A stretch of 55,134 nucleotides of DNA, filler included, from Diploschistes diacapsis (Eukaryota), in assembly GCA_023645945.1 (NCBI GenBank). It is 4 parts of 4 records of this genome, joined end to end, with 100 filler letters (N's around TTAATTAATTAA, not from the genome) between each part and the next. Parts side by side here need not be neighbours in the genome. Positions count along the whole stretch, not along the records: positions 13,858 to 27,590 come from JALAIB010000635.1; positions 27,691 to 41,366 come from JALAIB010000637.1; 2 more parts are not named here. The stretch is one strand, 5' to 3'. The position numbers and the translations under genes were made by a program. Every line of letters begins with the position of its first letter. The stretch's first letter is position 1. Positions 27,154-38,516 of this stretch are shown here, one piece after another. The notes under the pieces are model-generated. The model did not search any database. It worked only from the letters and a program-made list of their open reading frames with translations, and was not told the origin of the DNA.

Positions 27154-27407
27154 ACTTGTTTCACCAGGAAACGGGTCACACCACGAAGCGGGTCATACAT
27201 TAATATCATGTGTCTGGCGACACATGATGTCGCCCTCCAGGTTCCTAAGCGAAGCAGTAAGTATTAAGTAAAAAACCTAGGCTTAAAAAACTGTGTAGGT
27301 TTATTGGGGGTTACACCCCCAAACCCCTGCTTTTTTTATTTTTGGGGATTGCATCCCTAAACCCCTATTCCGTAATTAAAGCTTAAAAAACTAGATAAAC
27401 TATTAGA
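27154..27407. mobile_element. Fot1/pogo-type (Tc1/mariner) transposon terminus, eroded
   Basis: TA followed by ACTTGTTTC-ACCAGGAAACGGGTCAC-ACCACGAAGCGGGTCAT-AC. This ~45-bp end with two 17-bp direct repeats is the layout of Fot1/pogo TIRs. The partner TIR is not in the window. Confidence 0.55.
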
Positions 27408-27590
27408 TAGGCTGGCCGTTTCGTGCCACGGTCACTGACACGGACACTACAACAAAAATTTTCAAAACACGGACACTGACACGGATATTATATTATAATA
27501 AAAACATAAACACGGATATTATAATTAAAAATTTTAAAACATTAATATTAACACGGACACTACATTTCCGTAAATTTATTAAAATACTAC
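27408..27590. mobile_element. hAT-like transposon terminus with subterminal repeats, truncated by the contig end
   Basis: Begins TAGGCTGGCCGTTTCGTGCC. Five ACACGGA(C/T)A(C/T) motifs at about 27438, 27467, 27479, 27510 and 27551, in AT-enriched sequence. Confidence 0.5.
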
Positions 27591-27690
27591 NNNNNNNNNN
27601 NNNNNNNNNNNNNNNNNNNNNNNNNNNNNNNNNNTTAATTAATTAANNNNNNNNNNNNNNNNNNNNNNNNNNNNNNNNNNNNNNNNNNNN
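27591..27690. other. Artificial contig linker
   Basis: N44-TTAATTAATTAA-N44. Confidence 0.97.
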
Positions 27691-27701
27691 TGTACAGTGG
27701 T

Positions 27702-29515
27702 CTATGGCGCGGCCAGCAGGTCCGGCAGCACAACGTTCTGCGTGAAATTCCACAGCACGGGCCCGTCGTGCGACATGAAGGCGGCGCCCGTGTACCACGT
27801 GTCGCGGTGTCCTTGCACTAAAAAGACGCAACGCGAAAAAATCGGGGTCAGAGACAGATTCCTATTCCTACTATTCCCACTGGGGAAGAAAAAAAAAAGA
27901 GGGGGGGGGAGAAGGGGAGAAAAGAGAGCGGTGACTTACGGCCCTCGAGCTGGTTGTAGAAGCCGGCGGAGATGGCGTCGGCCGAGACGACGAGCTTGAA
28001 GGGCGTGTGGCTGTTGAAGGCGAGGAAGTCGGGGGCTGCGCCGGCGGCGGCGGTCGAGTTCGCCGTCTTCTGCAGCCGCTGGATGACGGCGGCGACGTCG
28101 GCTTCCACCTCGGCGCGCGGCAGCGCGTACGGGCTGCCGTACCAGACGTAGAAGAGGCCCGGGTCGCGCGTCGGCGTCACCTGGTACGGCGCCGGCAGGG
28201 CGGGCATGTTGAAGGTGCTCGCCGACGAGTTGGCGTTGCGGAACGCGAACCCGGCCGGCAGGCCCGTGTTGTTGACCACCATCGTGTAGTAGGCCGTGTA
28301 GTTCCATTGCGAAAAGAGCCCGGACTCGGTCGAGTCGAGGTCGAAGGGCGCCACTGTTGATGGGTTAGTAGTGTGCACTCTCCGTGCAAGGATCGACCAA
28401 TGCTCCCTTGTGATCGCAGCCTATACAGTTGAGGGGGGGGAAAGGGTTGATTGGCAAAGACAAGAGGAAATGTATGATTGGAGGGGCAGGGACTGCTTAC
28501 TATTGTGCAAGAGCGGCGGAATGGTAACAAGAAGCTTCGACGCTTGGATGAGCTTCTTGCCGGAGGGCGTGTGGACGGTCAAAGACACTCCGGAGGCGCT
28601 ACCGTTCGAGGACGGGCGCTGCGCAGACTTTACCGTCGAATTGAGGAGCACGTCGGAGCCCAGAACAGACAAGGCTTTGGTGTATATCTCGCTATTGTCG
28701 TGGGATGCGGGAAACACCGCTCCGCCAGGGACTTGACCACCGAGAAAAGAGTTGTCAACCATCTTGAAGACATTTATGGTCAGTTGGTCCTGGAAGTGAG
28801 CAAACCCCTCTCCGTCAGAGTATACGCTGTACGCGATGTCCTGGAGATCGTACTTTGTGACGAAATCTTTGAACGGCAGCAGCAGATCCGAAGGGACGGG
28901 AGAAGGGAGCTTCCAGCTGTACGCCAGATAGGGATACTTTGCCAGCTGCTCAGAATATCCCGTGTAATTTTTGCTGGGTTGGAGGGCCACCTGCTGCCCC
29001 GTCTGGAAATCTGCGTAGACTGTCGTCGCTTGGGGAAACGATACGGCGGTGTAAGGAACGTTCAAATAGTCAAAGAAGTCGCGCGTTACGGAAACTGTCG
29101 AAGCTCAAGAGTCAGAACTGCCCTTTCTAGTGATTAGGAATGGCGGGCGTGAGTTTCAACCGGTTCAAGCGGTAAAAGCTCCATCTATCTGCCCATGCCC
29201 CTGAAAATGGCCGGGAAACATACTGTTCCAAAAGGCTTGAACGCCATAGTCAACGCTGATGTTTGTGACCGGATCGATATAGGTATTTGTGTGGCCGCCA
29301 AGCACCCCTTCCTTCTCGATCAGCACGACGCTTTTTCCAGCTATTTGCAAGTTGATGGCACCATATGTGCCTGTGACGCCGCCGCCGATGACGGCAACAT
29401 CCCTGGTGATGATGTCGTCGCTGGCGTAGTTCGCCGGGTCGAATTCATCCCTCTCGCTGAGCGCAAATGCAGACGCTATGCCTGAGCAAATGAAGACGGA
29501 AATTGAAGCCTTCAT
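27702..29515 (-). CDS. Secreted FAD-dependent oxidoreductase (flavin amine oxidase superfamily, CpaO-like)
   Basis: Signal peptide, then Rossmann motif DVAVIGGGVTGTYGA...IEKEGVLGGHTNTY and C-terminal LQGHRDTWYTGAAF. Introns 29223-29095, 28500-28354 and 27939-27818. TAG at 27702-27704. Confidence 0.88.
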
Positions 29516-30813
29516 AATGAAAAGTTGAAGACGAAGACCGCTCGGCTAGTAATGCAAAGAGAATGGGGCTCGGTTGACACAATCTGGTTCCCGTGAAAAG
29601 CGTCGCAAAGAGGCCGGGTCGGGCTTCTTTTGAAGGACCACTCGGCGATTTGATGATGCCTGACGTATCCATATTTGCAAGCAAGCTATTACTTCCCGAA
29701 ACAAACAAAAATGCTTTCGCAAACCATCTCCCCGAGGCATGGCACAGAATCCTATACATGCTCTCACCGGGAAAGGATCGGAAAACCGGAGCTTATTCTT
29801 AGGCAGCTCAGACCCCCGGGAGTGCTTTCGCATCTCCCGATTCTTGTTGCTAGTCCGGAGCGATCTGGGAGGCGAGGTTAGCCTTCCCGACGCGGTGCCC
29901 TAACTCACGTTATGGGCTGTGCCTTGACTAGCTTATTCCTCAGCTAGGGGGATCGGGTTCGCCATAGTTTAGAATGGCTCGCGGTTTCGGTGGCAGAAAC
30001 ACTGGCGCTGACAGCCAAGGACTCTCTATCAGTTCAAGAGAGACGAAAACTGTTCGGGACGGTATGAGTACTGCGGCCTGCTGACTAGGCACGTGGTGGT
30101 GGTGGGTACGTTACGTGGGATTCTTTCCTTCGCCCCTTGCAGCTTTAGACTTGGTCGTCCACAAGTCAGCAGCCCAGTCTCTTTGCTATGAATGATCATC
30201 AAGCGTGTACAGAGTAAGCTCGTGCGACAATACTAAGTGAGCTGAGTAGGCTGTTTCAAAGTGCGCCTTGTTTTCCGTGTCATTCACCGCCTGTTGCCGA
30301 AGCTTGCAACCTCTTGGAGCAACCTCGTGGAGCAACCACGTCATATTATAAACATAAAGCATACCCACCTAGGGATGGATCTCCATGCTACCAAAGGTAG
30401 GTGGTGGCGCATAGGCAAAGCCATGGGACCGTCGGAGGCATAAGGGTCGATCACCATGGTTGCAGGGGGGTCGAAGGCATGGATTGTCGATCAGAGGGGG
30501 AAGTTGTCCTCTGCATGGACCACCCCTCACGACTGACAACTGGCTATCAACTTTTTATGTTTACAATAGTAGACCAGACAGCCGAGGCAGTGCCTGTGGT
30601 CAAAGGTGGTGGTACTGCACTGACGGGGAGTAAGAAGTTTGCGTGGTCCGAAGTTTGCGTGGTCCGCGAGAATCAATTCAATAAAAACCGGCGAAAAATA
30701 TCTAATTCAATTTGCACGACCAATGTCTCCCTTTCTGAGCCTAGTAGGCTCGTGCCATTTCTAGAAATACATCGCTGACCCCATTGCACGGCGAAAAGGT
30801 AAATCCCAATGAG

Positions 30814-32583
30814 CTAAGCTTCAGCTGTGCCATTCTTTGCCTTCTTTTGCGCTTGCTCCTCCAGTAGTCGCTCTTGCCGCGCCTCCTTCTCGGCTTCAAG
30901 GCCCGTCTTGGTTTCTGTGTGGTCCTTGCTGAGAGTGTTTTTGGTGACGAGAAAGGAGACGAAGATACCGACGGCAGAAAATGCCGTGTACATAATCCAG
31001 ATATAGCTCAGACTGTCTGCCAGCACCGAGTGTACAACGTCGCGTTGGGCGGGCGGTAGGGATTGAATGGCCTGTGTATTCGCGCCTGCCGCGCCACCAC
31101 CGATTTCGTTGGAGAGCTGCGGGCCTATGGCGGCGGTGAGGATGCCTTGTCGTCGTGTCATTTCATTCTGGAAGATAACTTGAGCAATGACGACACTGAT
31201 GCTAGTGGCAAGATTGCGGGTGAAGGCAAACGCGGCAGTGGCAGTAGCAATGTCGCGGGGTTGGATGAGGGACTGCAGCGCAATTAAAGGTGCCTGAAAA
31301 TTGGGGCCAACGCCCAGGCCCCCAATGATCTGGAAGAGGATGATCTTGGCCCAGTCGGGGGTTGAACCAAGGTTGATAAAGAGACCATAGCCGAGGGTTT
31401 GCAGGAAAAATCCAGCCCACATGGGCCAAAGGTACTGACCGGACGCGCGCATGTAGAAACCGGTGCTCACGGTGGCGACTGACAGACTTAACGCGGTGGG
31501 CAGAAGGTAGACACCGGACAAGATCGGATCTGCGCCAAGGACGGTTTGAAAGTATAGAGGAAGGTAGTAATTCGCGCCAATGAAAACGAAACTCTGAATG
31601 AAGCAAGCGCCGAGGGCAGCGACGTTGGATCTTTGCTTGAAGATGCGCACAGGCAAAATTGGATACTTTGCTAGGTAGGCTTCCCAGACGAACCACAAGA
31701 TCCAGCATATGATGCCAAAGATAATAAGGCAGATGACGGTGGCAGAGTTCCAGGGATATGCTTCGCCGCCGTAACTGAGACCGAAGAGAAACATGAGGGT
31801 TCCGCCCATACTGAGCAAAGCGCCAACCCAGTCGATTGCTTTGATACCCTCAAAGAAGGGTGTCTTTGGTGTTTTAATGTCGAGAAACAGAACCAGGATA
31901 ATAAAGGCGAGGCCATCGAATGGAAGGTTAATCCAAAAGCACCACCGCCATGATACGCGTTGGGTGAAGGCCCCGCCAATGATGGGACCAAGCGACATGG
32001 CAACCGCCCACACGAGACCAATCATGCCGTAATAAGCGCCGCGCCGGCGTGGACTGAAGAGGTCTCCAATACAGATGTTGACGAGGACGAGAAGCCCACC
32101 ACCCCCAAGGCCCTGGATGGCGCGACCGAAGAGCAGCATGGTGACATTGATTGACAGTGCGGCGATCAAGGAGCCGACGAAGAAAAGGATGTTGGCTAGG
32201 AGGAGAATGGGCTTGCGACCAAAGACGTCGGAAACCTTGCCCCATACCACGGTGGTTGGAGCGGTGGCGAGAAGATAGGCCGACCCAGTCCACGTATACG
32301 CAGACTCGGACTGAAAGTATGCCGTGATGGTCGGTAAGGCTGTTGTGACGATGCTGATGTCGATGGCGGCGAGAAAGACGGCAAGCATGAGGGCAAGCAT
32401 GATGAGCATGGTCTTGGACCTTGAAGGCTCAGTGGACGACTTGGCATTGTCGTCCGCAGATTTTTCTGCAGGCTTCTCTGCGAGTTCTTGCGACGAGTAG
32501 TCGGTTCCGGCATCTTGTTGAGGAGTTGCGATACCATTTGTTGTGGCCAACTCAGGCGCGTGACTGTCCTCCGCGTCCGTCAT
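30814..32583 (-). CDS. MFS drug:H+ antiporter, DHA2 (14-TMS) efflux pump
   Basis: Intronless 589-aa ORF. Motifs LAAIDISIVTTALPTI, GKVSDVFGRK, GRAIQGLGGGG, GPIIGGAFTQRVSWRWCFWINLP and IDWVG. Confidence 0.93.
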   Translation of the reverse strand: MTDAEDSHAPELATTNGIATPQQDAGTDYSSQELAEKPAEKSADDNAKSSTEPSRSKTMLIMLALMLAVFLAAIDISIVTTALPTITAYFQSESAYTWTGSAYLLATAPTTVVWGKVSDVFGRKPILLLANILFFVGSLIAALSINVTMLLFGRAIQGLGGGGLLVLVNICIGDLFSPRRRGAYYGMIGLVWAVAMSLGPIIGGAFTQRVSWRWCFWINLPFDGLAFIILVLFLDIKTPKTPFFEGIKAIDWVGALLSMGGTLMFLFGLSYGGEAYPWNSATVICLIIFGIICWILWFVWEAYLAKYPILPVRIFKQRSNVAALGACFIQSFVFIGANYYLPLYFQTVLGADPILSGVYLLPTALSLSVATVSTGFYMRASGQYLWPMWAGFFLQTLGYGLFINLGSTPDWAKIILFQIIGGLGVGPNFQAPLIALQSLIQPRDIATATAAFAFTRNLATSISVVIAQVIFQNEMTRRQGILTAAIGPQLSNEIGGGAAGANTQAIQSLPPAQRDVVHSVLADSLSYIWIMYTAFSAVGIFVSFLVTKNTLSKDHTETKTGLEAEKEARQERLLEEQAQKKAKNGTAEA

Positions 32584-33436
32584 TGTCGATAGGTTTCTTG
32601 CAAGTACACCAGGCAGGAAGTAGCCGACAGAAAGTGTATTTGGCCCAGGCTCAGTTGTTTAAGCAGGTAGACTGATGGGCGAGCAGCTACCGAAGGGGAC
32701 CATTTCTCAACTCTGCTTTCTTATTCAAAGTAGACATTGGGTTGCAGCACAGCAGCTCAATAGAGAAGGCAAAGAAGTGATCAGCACCAGCGGACTTTAG
32801 CACTATCGACGAAAGGCCTAATTCCGCGGCCATCTTCGATGTGAGGGCTCGAGATTAAGCACAGAGGTATCAGAAGGAGATAAGTTAACGGGCTTACATT
32901 ATCCCAAGTACGTAACGCGATTGCTCGGTCCAATGGCCATTGTTCTTCGGGAAGCGAAAGTCAACCATATAAGCCGATTGGTTGTTACCGCATCCATATC
33001 ATCTCCGTTTCAACATCGCCCTATTTCGAATACCAATCTTCTGGCAGCATATTTTTTCATTGCAACTTTATATAGATCACCAGTCAGCGGCTATCAGTTT
33101 TGGCGCAAATGCAAGGGAAAACTTAACAGTAGAAGATGGAGGATGATCTGAGAGAAAATTCTACTTATGCTACTGAGCCATGCCAAGCACCATCGTCATA
33201 GGTCATAGATGGTGACGCCATGGCAGCCATCTCGTCAAGTGCCGGAGCTAGCCGGCGCTTGCCGATGTCGCTGCCAGTATCGTCATTATTGATGGCATCG
33301 CTCTACATAAGCAGACCTTTTTTCTACAGAACTTGACTTGTTCTTCACTCCAAGGCAACGAGAGCGCATACAAGGGAAACTTATCTTGAATCTGTTCATG
33401 TCTATATCTGCCTCGACATAGGCTACAAGGAGGTAT

Positions 33437-34477
33437 TCATCCCCGTAAGAACTCGGATATTTGCTCCTCCATCCACTTCGTGTCCTTATCGTTCCCTCCG
33501 CCGCCAGCAACGTGCCCCCATACTGTAGGGATGATGGCAAGCTTTCCGTGTTCGAGGTACTTTACTTCGATTTCGTTATCCTCGTACCTAATGTCTCATC
33601 AGTAGTGTCGCCTTGTTAGAAACTTTCCGTCTCCATACCTAAAGTACTGGTCCGTCCGTGCCGGCATGATGAGCATCTTGGTCTTGATCTTCTCCAGCGT
33701 CGTCTCATACTTCCCGTCATTGCTGAAAACGCCAAGGTCTGCTGCCTGCCACATTCTCGCCAGCACCAGCAGGTCCTCCGGGTCCCAGGCCATGAAGCTG
33801 TCCTGACCGGCATCTATGTTCTCAGCCACCGAGCCGTGGCCGTCGGCCTTCTTCCACTGCTCCTCGCGGTACCAGTCTGCGCTGTGCAACCAGGCGCGAT
33901 ATGCTCGGGAAAAGGCTGTGAGGCCTCTGACGGGCTTGATGCCCTTTTCTCTGTAGCCCCCGTCCGCGTAGTCGATCGAGTTAGTTAGTGCAGCCTTTGG
34001 GCCTTCCAGGAACGCGTAGTTGTGTCCACTTGTCTTGGCACTGCCGCAAATCACAACGGCGTTGTGCACATAGTCTTCGTACATGGCAGCCCAGTAGTAG
34101 GCCTGCTGACCGCCCATCGAGAAGCCAATGACCGCATCGAGAGATTCGATGTCGAGGCTCCTGCAGAGCAGCTGTTGGGATTTTACCACATCGCGGTAGT
34201 CCAACGAAGCTGGGAAGTCTTTGGTATTGGAAGGCGACGAGGACTCGCCATTCCCGAGCATCGCGACGACGATGATGCGGTGGGAGGCGAGTGTTTCGGG
34301 GAAAGCTAGTGTGTCTTTGATTCGACCGCCGTAACAGGTAGGGACCAGAGCCGTCTTGCCATTGGGATTGCTAGTAGACTCAATGACGCTGTATGCCACG
34401 TCGATGGGCATAGTCGGGCCTGCTGTGAAGGTGAAGGAAGGCACATGAAAATGCTGAATCACGCGCATGTCTGGCAT
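33437..34477 (-). CDS. Homoserine O-acetyltransferase (MetX)-like alpha/beta hydrolase
   Basis: Nucleophile motif VIGFSMGGQQAY, MLGNGESSSPSN and TDQYF. One intron (GTATGG at 33638 to ATTAG near 33588) leads to RYEDNEIEVKYLEHGKLAIIPTVWGHVAGGGGNDKD, carrying the catalytic His, and a TGA at 33437. Confidence 0.85.
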
Positions 34478-36238
34478 TTTGAATAGGGAGAAACGCTACT
34501 GTATCTCCTATCAAGTTGACTATTGTACTATTGTTATACCCAATCGTATGGTAAAATGTGTGCTATGGATGAAAGGGCAGAATGAAGATGACGACATTGA
34601 GAGGAGGAGAGAGCTCGAGCTAAATCTTGTGAGGGTTCAGGGCTTGGGCTTGGGCTTGTATGTTCAAACCTAAATCACTGAGGCATGGGATGATCTGGGA
34701 GATATTGGAGCGTTCAGGACATTGTAGTCCAGCCATTAGCGTATCGACACTAGCCTGACCTCACATGGCTGCTCAAGTCTTATCTATAGCCAATGAGAGA
34801 GTAGGCTCAATCCGGTGTGCTAATAATTGACTCTGCAAGGCACGCACAAGGCTTAGAATTTAATGTCCTTTATTCAACAGTACAGAATTGTTCTACCAAC
34901 CCGCAACGGACTGTCCTTGGAACTACTACTGGAAGCTTGCGCAACTGCAGCCAATTTGACTGCTGTAACAAGGACGCGGCCAGGGCGGCGAAGACGAAGA
35001 AACTCGTCTTATCGAGGTAAGCCTTGCTGACTTGCCGAATCAGAAGTGCCAGCGTCGTATCAGGAACAGGAACGTTTTACCGGTTCGCGACTGCATTCCT
35101 CATAAGCTCACACTTTAGCCATCGCAATCATTAGTAGTGATATGCTAATTTTCGAAAGCAAGCGACGATACAGATAACATTCGGAAATTCTATATTGGCT
35201 GGGCAGACGCCGTTCGAAACGCACTGCGCTTTGCAAATTCAGGTTGTCACATTTCGCGCTGTATCTACTGCCTGGTCGGCCGAAATGCTGACGTGGTATT
35301 GACTGGACTTCAGATCCTGCAGCCCTTGAAACAGCTCTTCACATAGATCCCTCGGCCCTCCTTCAGCCTCTCTCCGACACTCTGCTAGGTTTGAGCCTTC
35401 CCTTCGCCGCCCTACGTTTCGGCGAGCGCGTCGGGCCTTGCCGTCGGCTTACTGCACCAGGCTCCCACACTCCCCACTTCTATCAGCATATGGAATCGAC
35501 TGACAGTCGCTACTGACCAAACTGAATTAGGTATACCCATTATCAACTGGACTCGGAGACATCAGGCTTTGTGAAGCACGTGCCGACCTCTGCTCTTTAC
35601 AGTCTTCAAGTCAACGGGAGCCTCACGGCTGTGTTCAATGAGTTGATGGTGTGGCTTGGCCATCACTGAAGCTGCGTGTTCCAACCCGTTGGATGCGGCA
35701 AAGTGCGTGGAGCAGCAAGGCTTCAAGGCGCACACAGTATCGCAGAAGAAACTTCCAGGGTGTCTGTGCTCCAACTGTTCTAAGGCTGAGCGCTGTTCCG
35801 CCATGATCTGGCCTCAAAGGAGGGCACACGATTGGAACGCTTTGCCCCGAGCCTAGCGACTCCATGTGGCTACGTGCTCCTTCAATTCCTTTGGCAACTT
35901 ACGCGATTCTCGTAACTAGGATCATGAAGGCGGCATTCTCGAAGCAGCGGAGTTGTTCCGTCCTTGAACCTTTGAGTCTTACTGTGGTTGTATAAGTCTA
36001 TCAGGTTGGTCTCTTTCCGACCTTGCAAGCGCGCTTCTGCATCGACTTTCATTTCTTGCACGTTCATTCTATCCACTCCCCATTGTGAAAGTTCATTCTA
36101 TCCTCGCTCATTGTCCACGTTTTATTGTGCTTGTATTGACACCGCTACGGTTTTTATGTTGCCTTCGTTTCGTCTACATTCACTACAGTCTCTTTACAGA
36201 AAAGTTTATATACCACCGTTCCTTTGATACAAATCAGT

Positions 36239-36793
36239 ATGCGCTTCTCCCTTCTCTCCGCGCTCGCAGTCCTTTCGCCGCTTGCCGCCACCGCGCCTGT
36301 TTCCGTCACCAAGCTTATCCCTGCTGCGGCCGCCGTTTCCAAGGCCCAAACTTCTGACGCTGCCGGGACCGGTAGCGTCATTGTCAAGAACAACTGCGGC
36401 TTTGCCATATCTCTGTCCAGCGTCGGCACTTCTCCCGGCGCAGTCGCGTCCGTTGCTGCCGGCCACTCATGGAGCGAACAGTATCAAACCACAAGCGACG
36501 GTGGTGGCGTTAGCATCAAGATCGTCAGGGACGGCAACCCACTCAGCAGCAGCAACATAACTCAGTTCGAATATACTTTAGCTTCGCCAGAAGTGTATTA
36601 TGACCTATCGCTCATCAATGGAGATGCCTTCGCGGGAGAATACAATGCCATCGTCCCGGACGGGTCGTCTTGCCCTACGGTCACGTGTCAGGCGAACGAG
36701 GTTCCCTGCGCAGAGGCATATACGGAGCCTCCTCAGCCCAGGACGAAAGCCTGTGCCGCGAGCGGGAACATCGTTTACAACATTTGCCAGTAG
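36239..36793 (+). CDS. Secreted Bys1-family (thaumatin-like fold) protein
   Basis: Signal peptide, then VKNNCGF, GGGVSIKI, ITQFEYTL, VYYDLSLINGDAF and a Cys-rich C-terminus. Confidence 0.85.
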   Translation: MRFSLLSALAVLSPLAATAPVSVTKLIPAAAAVSKAQTSDAAGTGSVIVKNNCGFAISLSSVGTSPGAVASVAAGHSWSEQYQTTSDGGGVSIKIVRDGNPLSSSNITQFEYTLASPEVYYDLSLINGDAFAGEYNAIVPDGSSCPTVTCQANEVPCAEAYTEPPQPRTKACAASGNIVYNICQ

Positions 36794-37808
36794 TTTATGG
36801 CACGATTTACGCTACATTTGGATGGAAAATCTTGGAGTTTTGGTAGGAGTAGAGACATGCAGACTTTCACCGCCATTTTATACGAGAGAGACGTTGTTGC
36901 GCTACAGGCTTTGAGAAGTCTGCACGATTCTTTGTTGTGATTCGATTCTTTGTATATACTTGCCTGGAATCGATTTTCCCGATTGTTCGGTGAAGGTCGC
37001 GCTAGAGCTATAGTACACATCCTTAATATAGTCCTGCGCTTCGCTTATTCTGCCTGCCCATTTGTGGAGAACTGCGGTCATTGGTCACCGTCATCTTGCG
37101 AGTCAGCATGATTTAGAAGTGCTCCAGACCGCATCGGGAATAAAGGAGCTCGGTGCACCTGATACGGTACATATGTCAGCCAATGCAATTACCATTTAAG
37201 TCCATCGACCTTTTGCCACCTTCCCGCTGAGAACTTCCGCTTTCAGTAGATACTAGCTACATTTGAGTCTATGCGCCAGCGGTCAGGACACGGCTTGAGG
37301 TTGTCCCACGTACATGAAACGGGATGCAATAACTGAAAAGTATCCCCAGGCCTTGTAGCTTCTAGCTAAAAGCCTCTATCTTTACGAAATCACGTTGCTT
37401 TACTGTCGTTGAGAGCAAGTTTGAGCGCTTACTACACTACGAGTTGCAGCATTAGCGCAGGACAGCACTATTACTAGGTGCAATAGAGAAGCTTCGCTTC
37501 GCACCATGGACAGTGCTGGAGCAACTCGAAGGGATTACCTAAGCCAGGCTAAAAAAAGCATAAACGCCAAAACACCTGGTCGTAACAGCTGAAGACCAAT
37601 GCGAAAGCGACGTGCTGGGATCATGCATGATTGATGAGTGCAGGCGAAGCGGTTTACTGTTTCCGTGACGGCGTGCTTTTGAAGAAATGACTCAAATCGA
37701 TGCCAAGCCAAGGTCGGAGGCTTTGAAAGATGAAGGTATAAAGTCTACGGCAAAAGACCGTGTCCAGCTCTCTCGAAGCCATTGAACATCCAACACTCGA
37801 CGATCAAA

Positions 37809-38516
37809 ATGGCACAGACACAGTCCTCAACCCCATCCGCCAACCTCCCCCAGCGGTTCGGCATCCTCATCTTCCCCGGCTTCCAGGCCCTCGACGCCTT
37901 CGGCCCCCTCGACGCCCTCAACATCCTCTCCCAATCCTACAAGATGGAGCTCGCCATCATCGCCGAGACCCTCGACCCCGTCTCCACCCAGGTCAAGGAC
38001 TCCCCCCGCAGCGTCGCAGGCAGCACCAACTTCGGCCAGAGCCTCGTGCCGACGCACACCTTCTCCACCGCCCCGGACCTCGACATGCTGATCATCCCCG
38101 GCGGCTGGGGCACCACGTACTCGGACGGCAGGGTGCAGCCGCTGGTCGACTACGTCGCGCGCACCTTCCCCTCGCTGCGCTGGCTCTTCACCATCTGCAC
38201 GGGCGCCACCTTCGCGGCGGCCGCGGGTGTGCTGGACGGGCGGGCCGCGACCACGAACAAGGCGGGCTGGCGCACCATCGTGGCCGCCAGGCCGCAGGTG
38301 AAATGGGACGTGACTAAGCGCTGGGTCAGGGATGCTGGGGAGGGCGGGAAGGTGTGGACGACGAGCGGGGTGACGGCGGGCATCGACGGGATGTATGCCT
38401 GGATCGCGGAAGTTTTTGGCGAGGAGAATGCGGAGCAGGTGGCGAATCTTGCGGAGTATGTCAGGAACAAGGATCCAGATTTCGAGCCGTTTGCGAAGGT
38501 TTTTGGCCTTGTTTAG
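37809..38516 (+). CDS. DJ-1/PfpI family protein, isonitrile hydratase (InhA)-like
   Basis: Motifs GILIFPGFQALDAFGP, LIIPGG, nucleophile elbow ICTGA, LDGRAATTNK and WTTSGVTAGID. Strong codon bias. Confidence 0.9.
   Translation: MAQTQSSTPSANLPQRFGILIFPGFQALDAFGPLDALNILSQSYKMELAIIAETLDPVSTQVKDSPRSVAGSTNFGQSLVPTHTFSTAPDLDMLIIPGGWGTTYSDGRVQPLVDYVARTFPSLRWLFTICTGATFAAAAGVLDGRAATTNKAGWRTIVAARPQVKWDVTKRWVRDAGEGGKVWTTSGVTAGIDGMYAWIAEVFGEENAEQVANLAEYVRNKDPDFEPFAKVFGLV

Noticed and set aside
34817..35865. Short Cys-containing ORFs between the MetX-like and Bys1 genes
   Set aside because: No consistent gene model, signal peptide or known motif.
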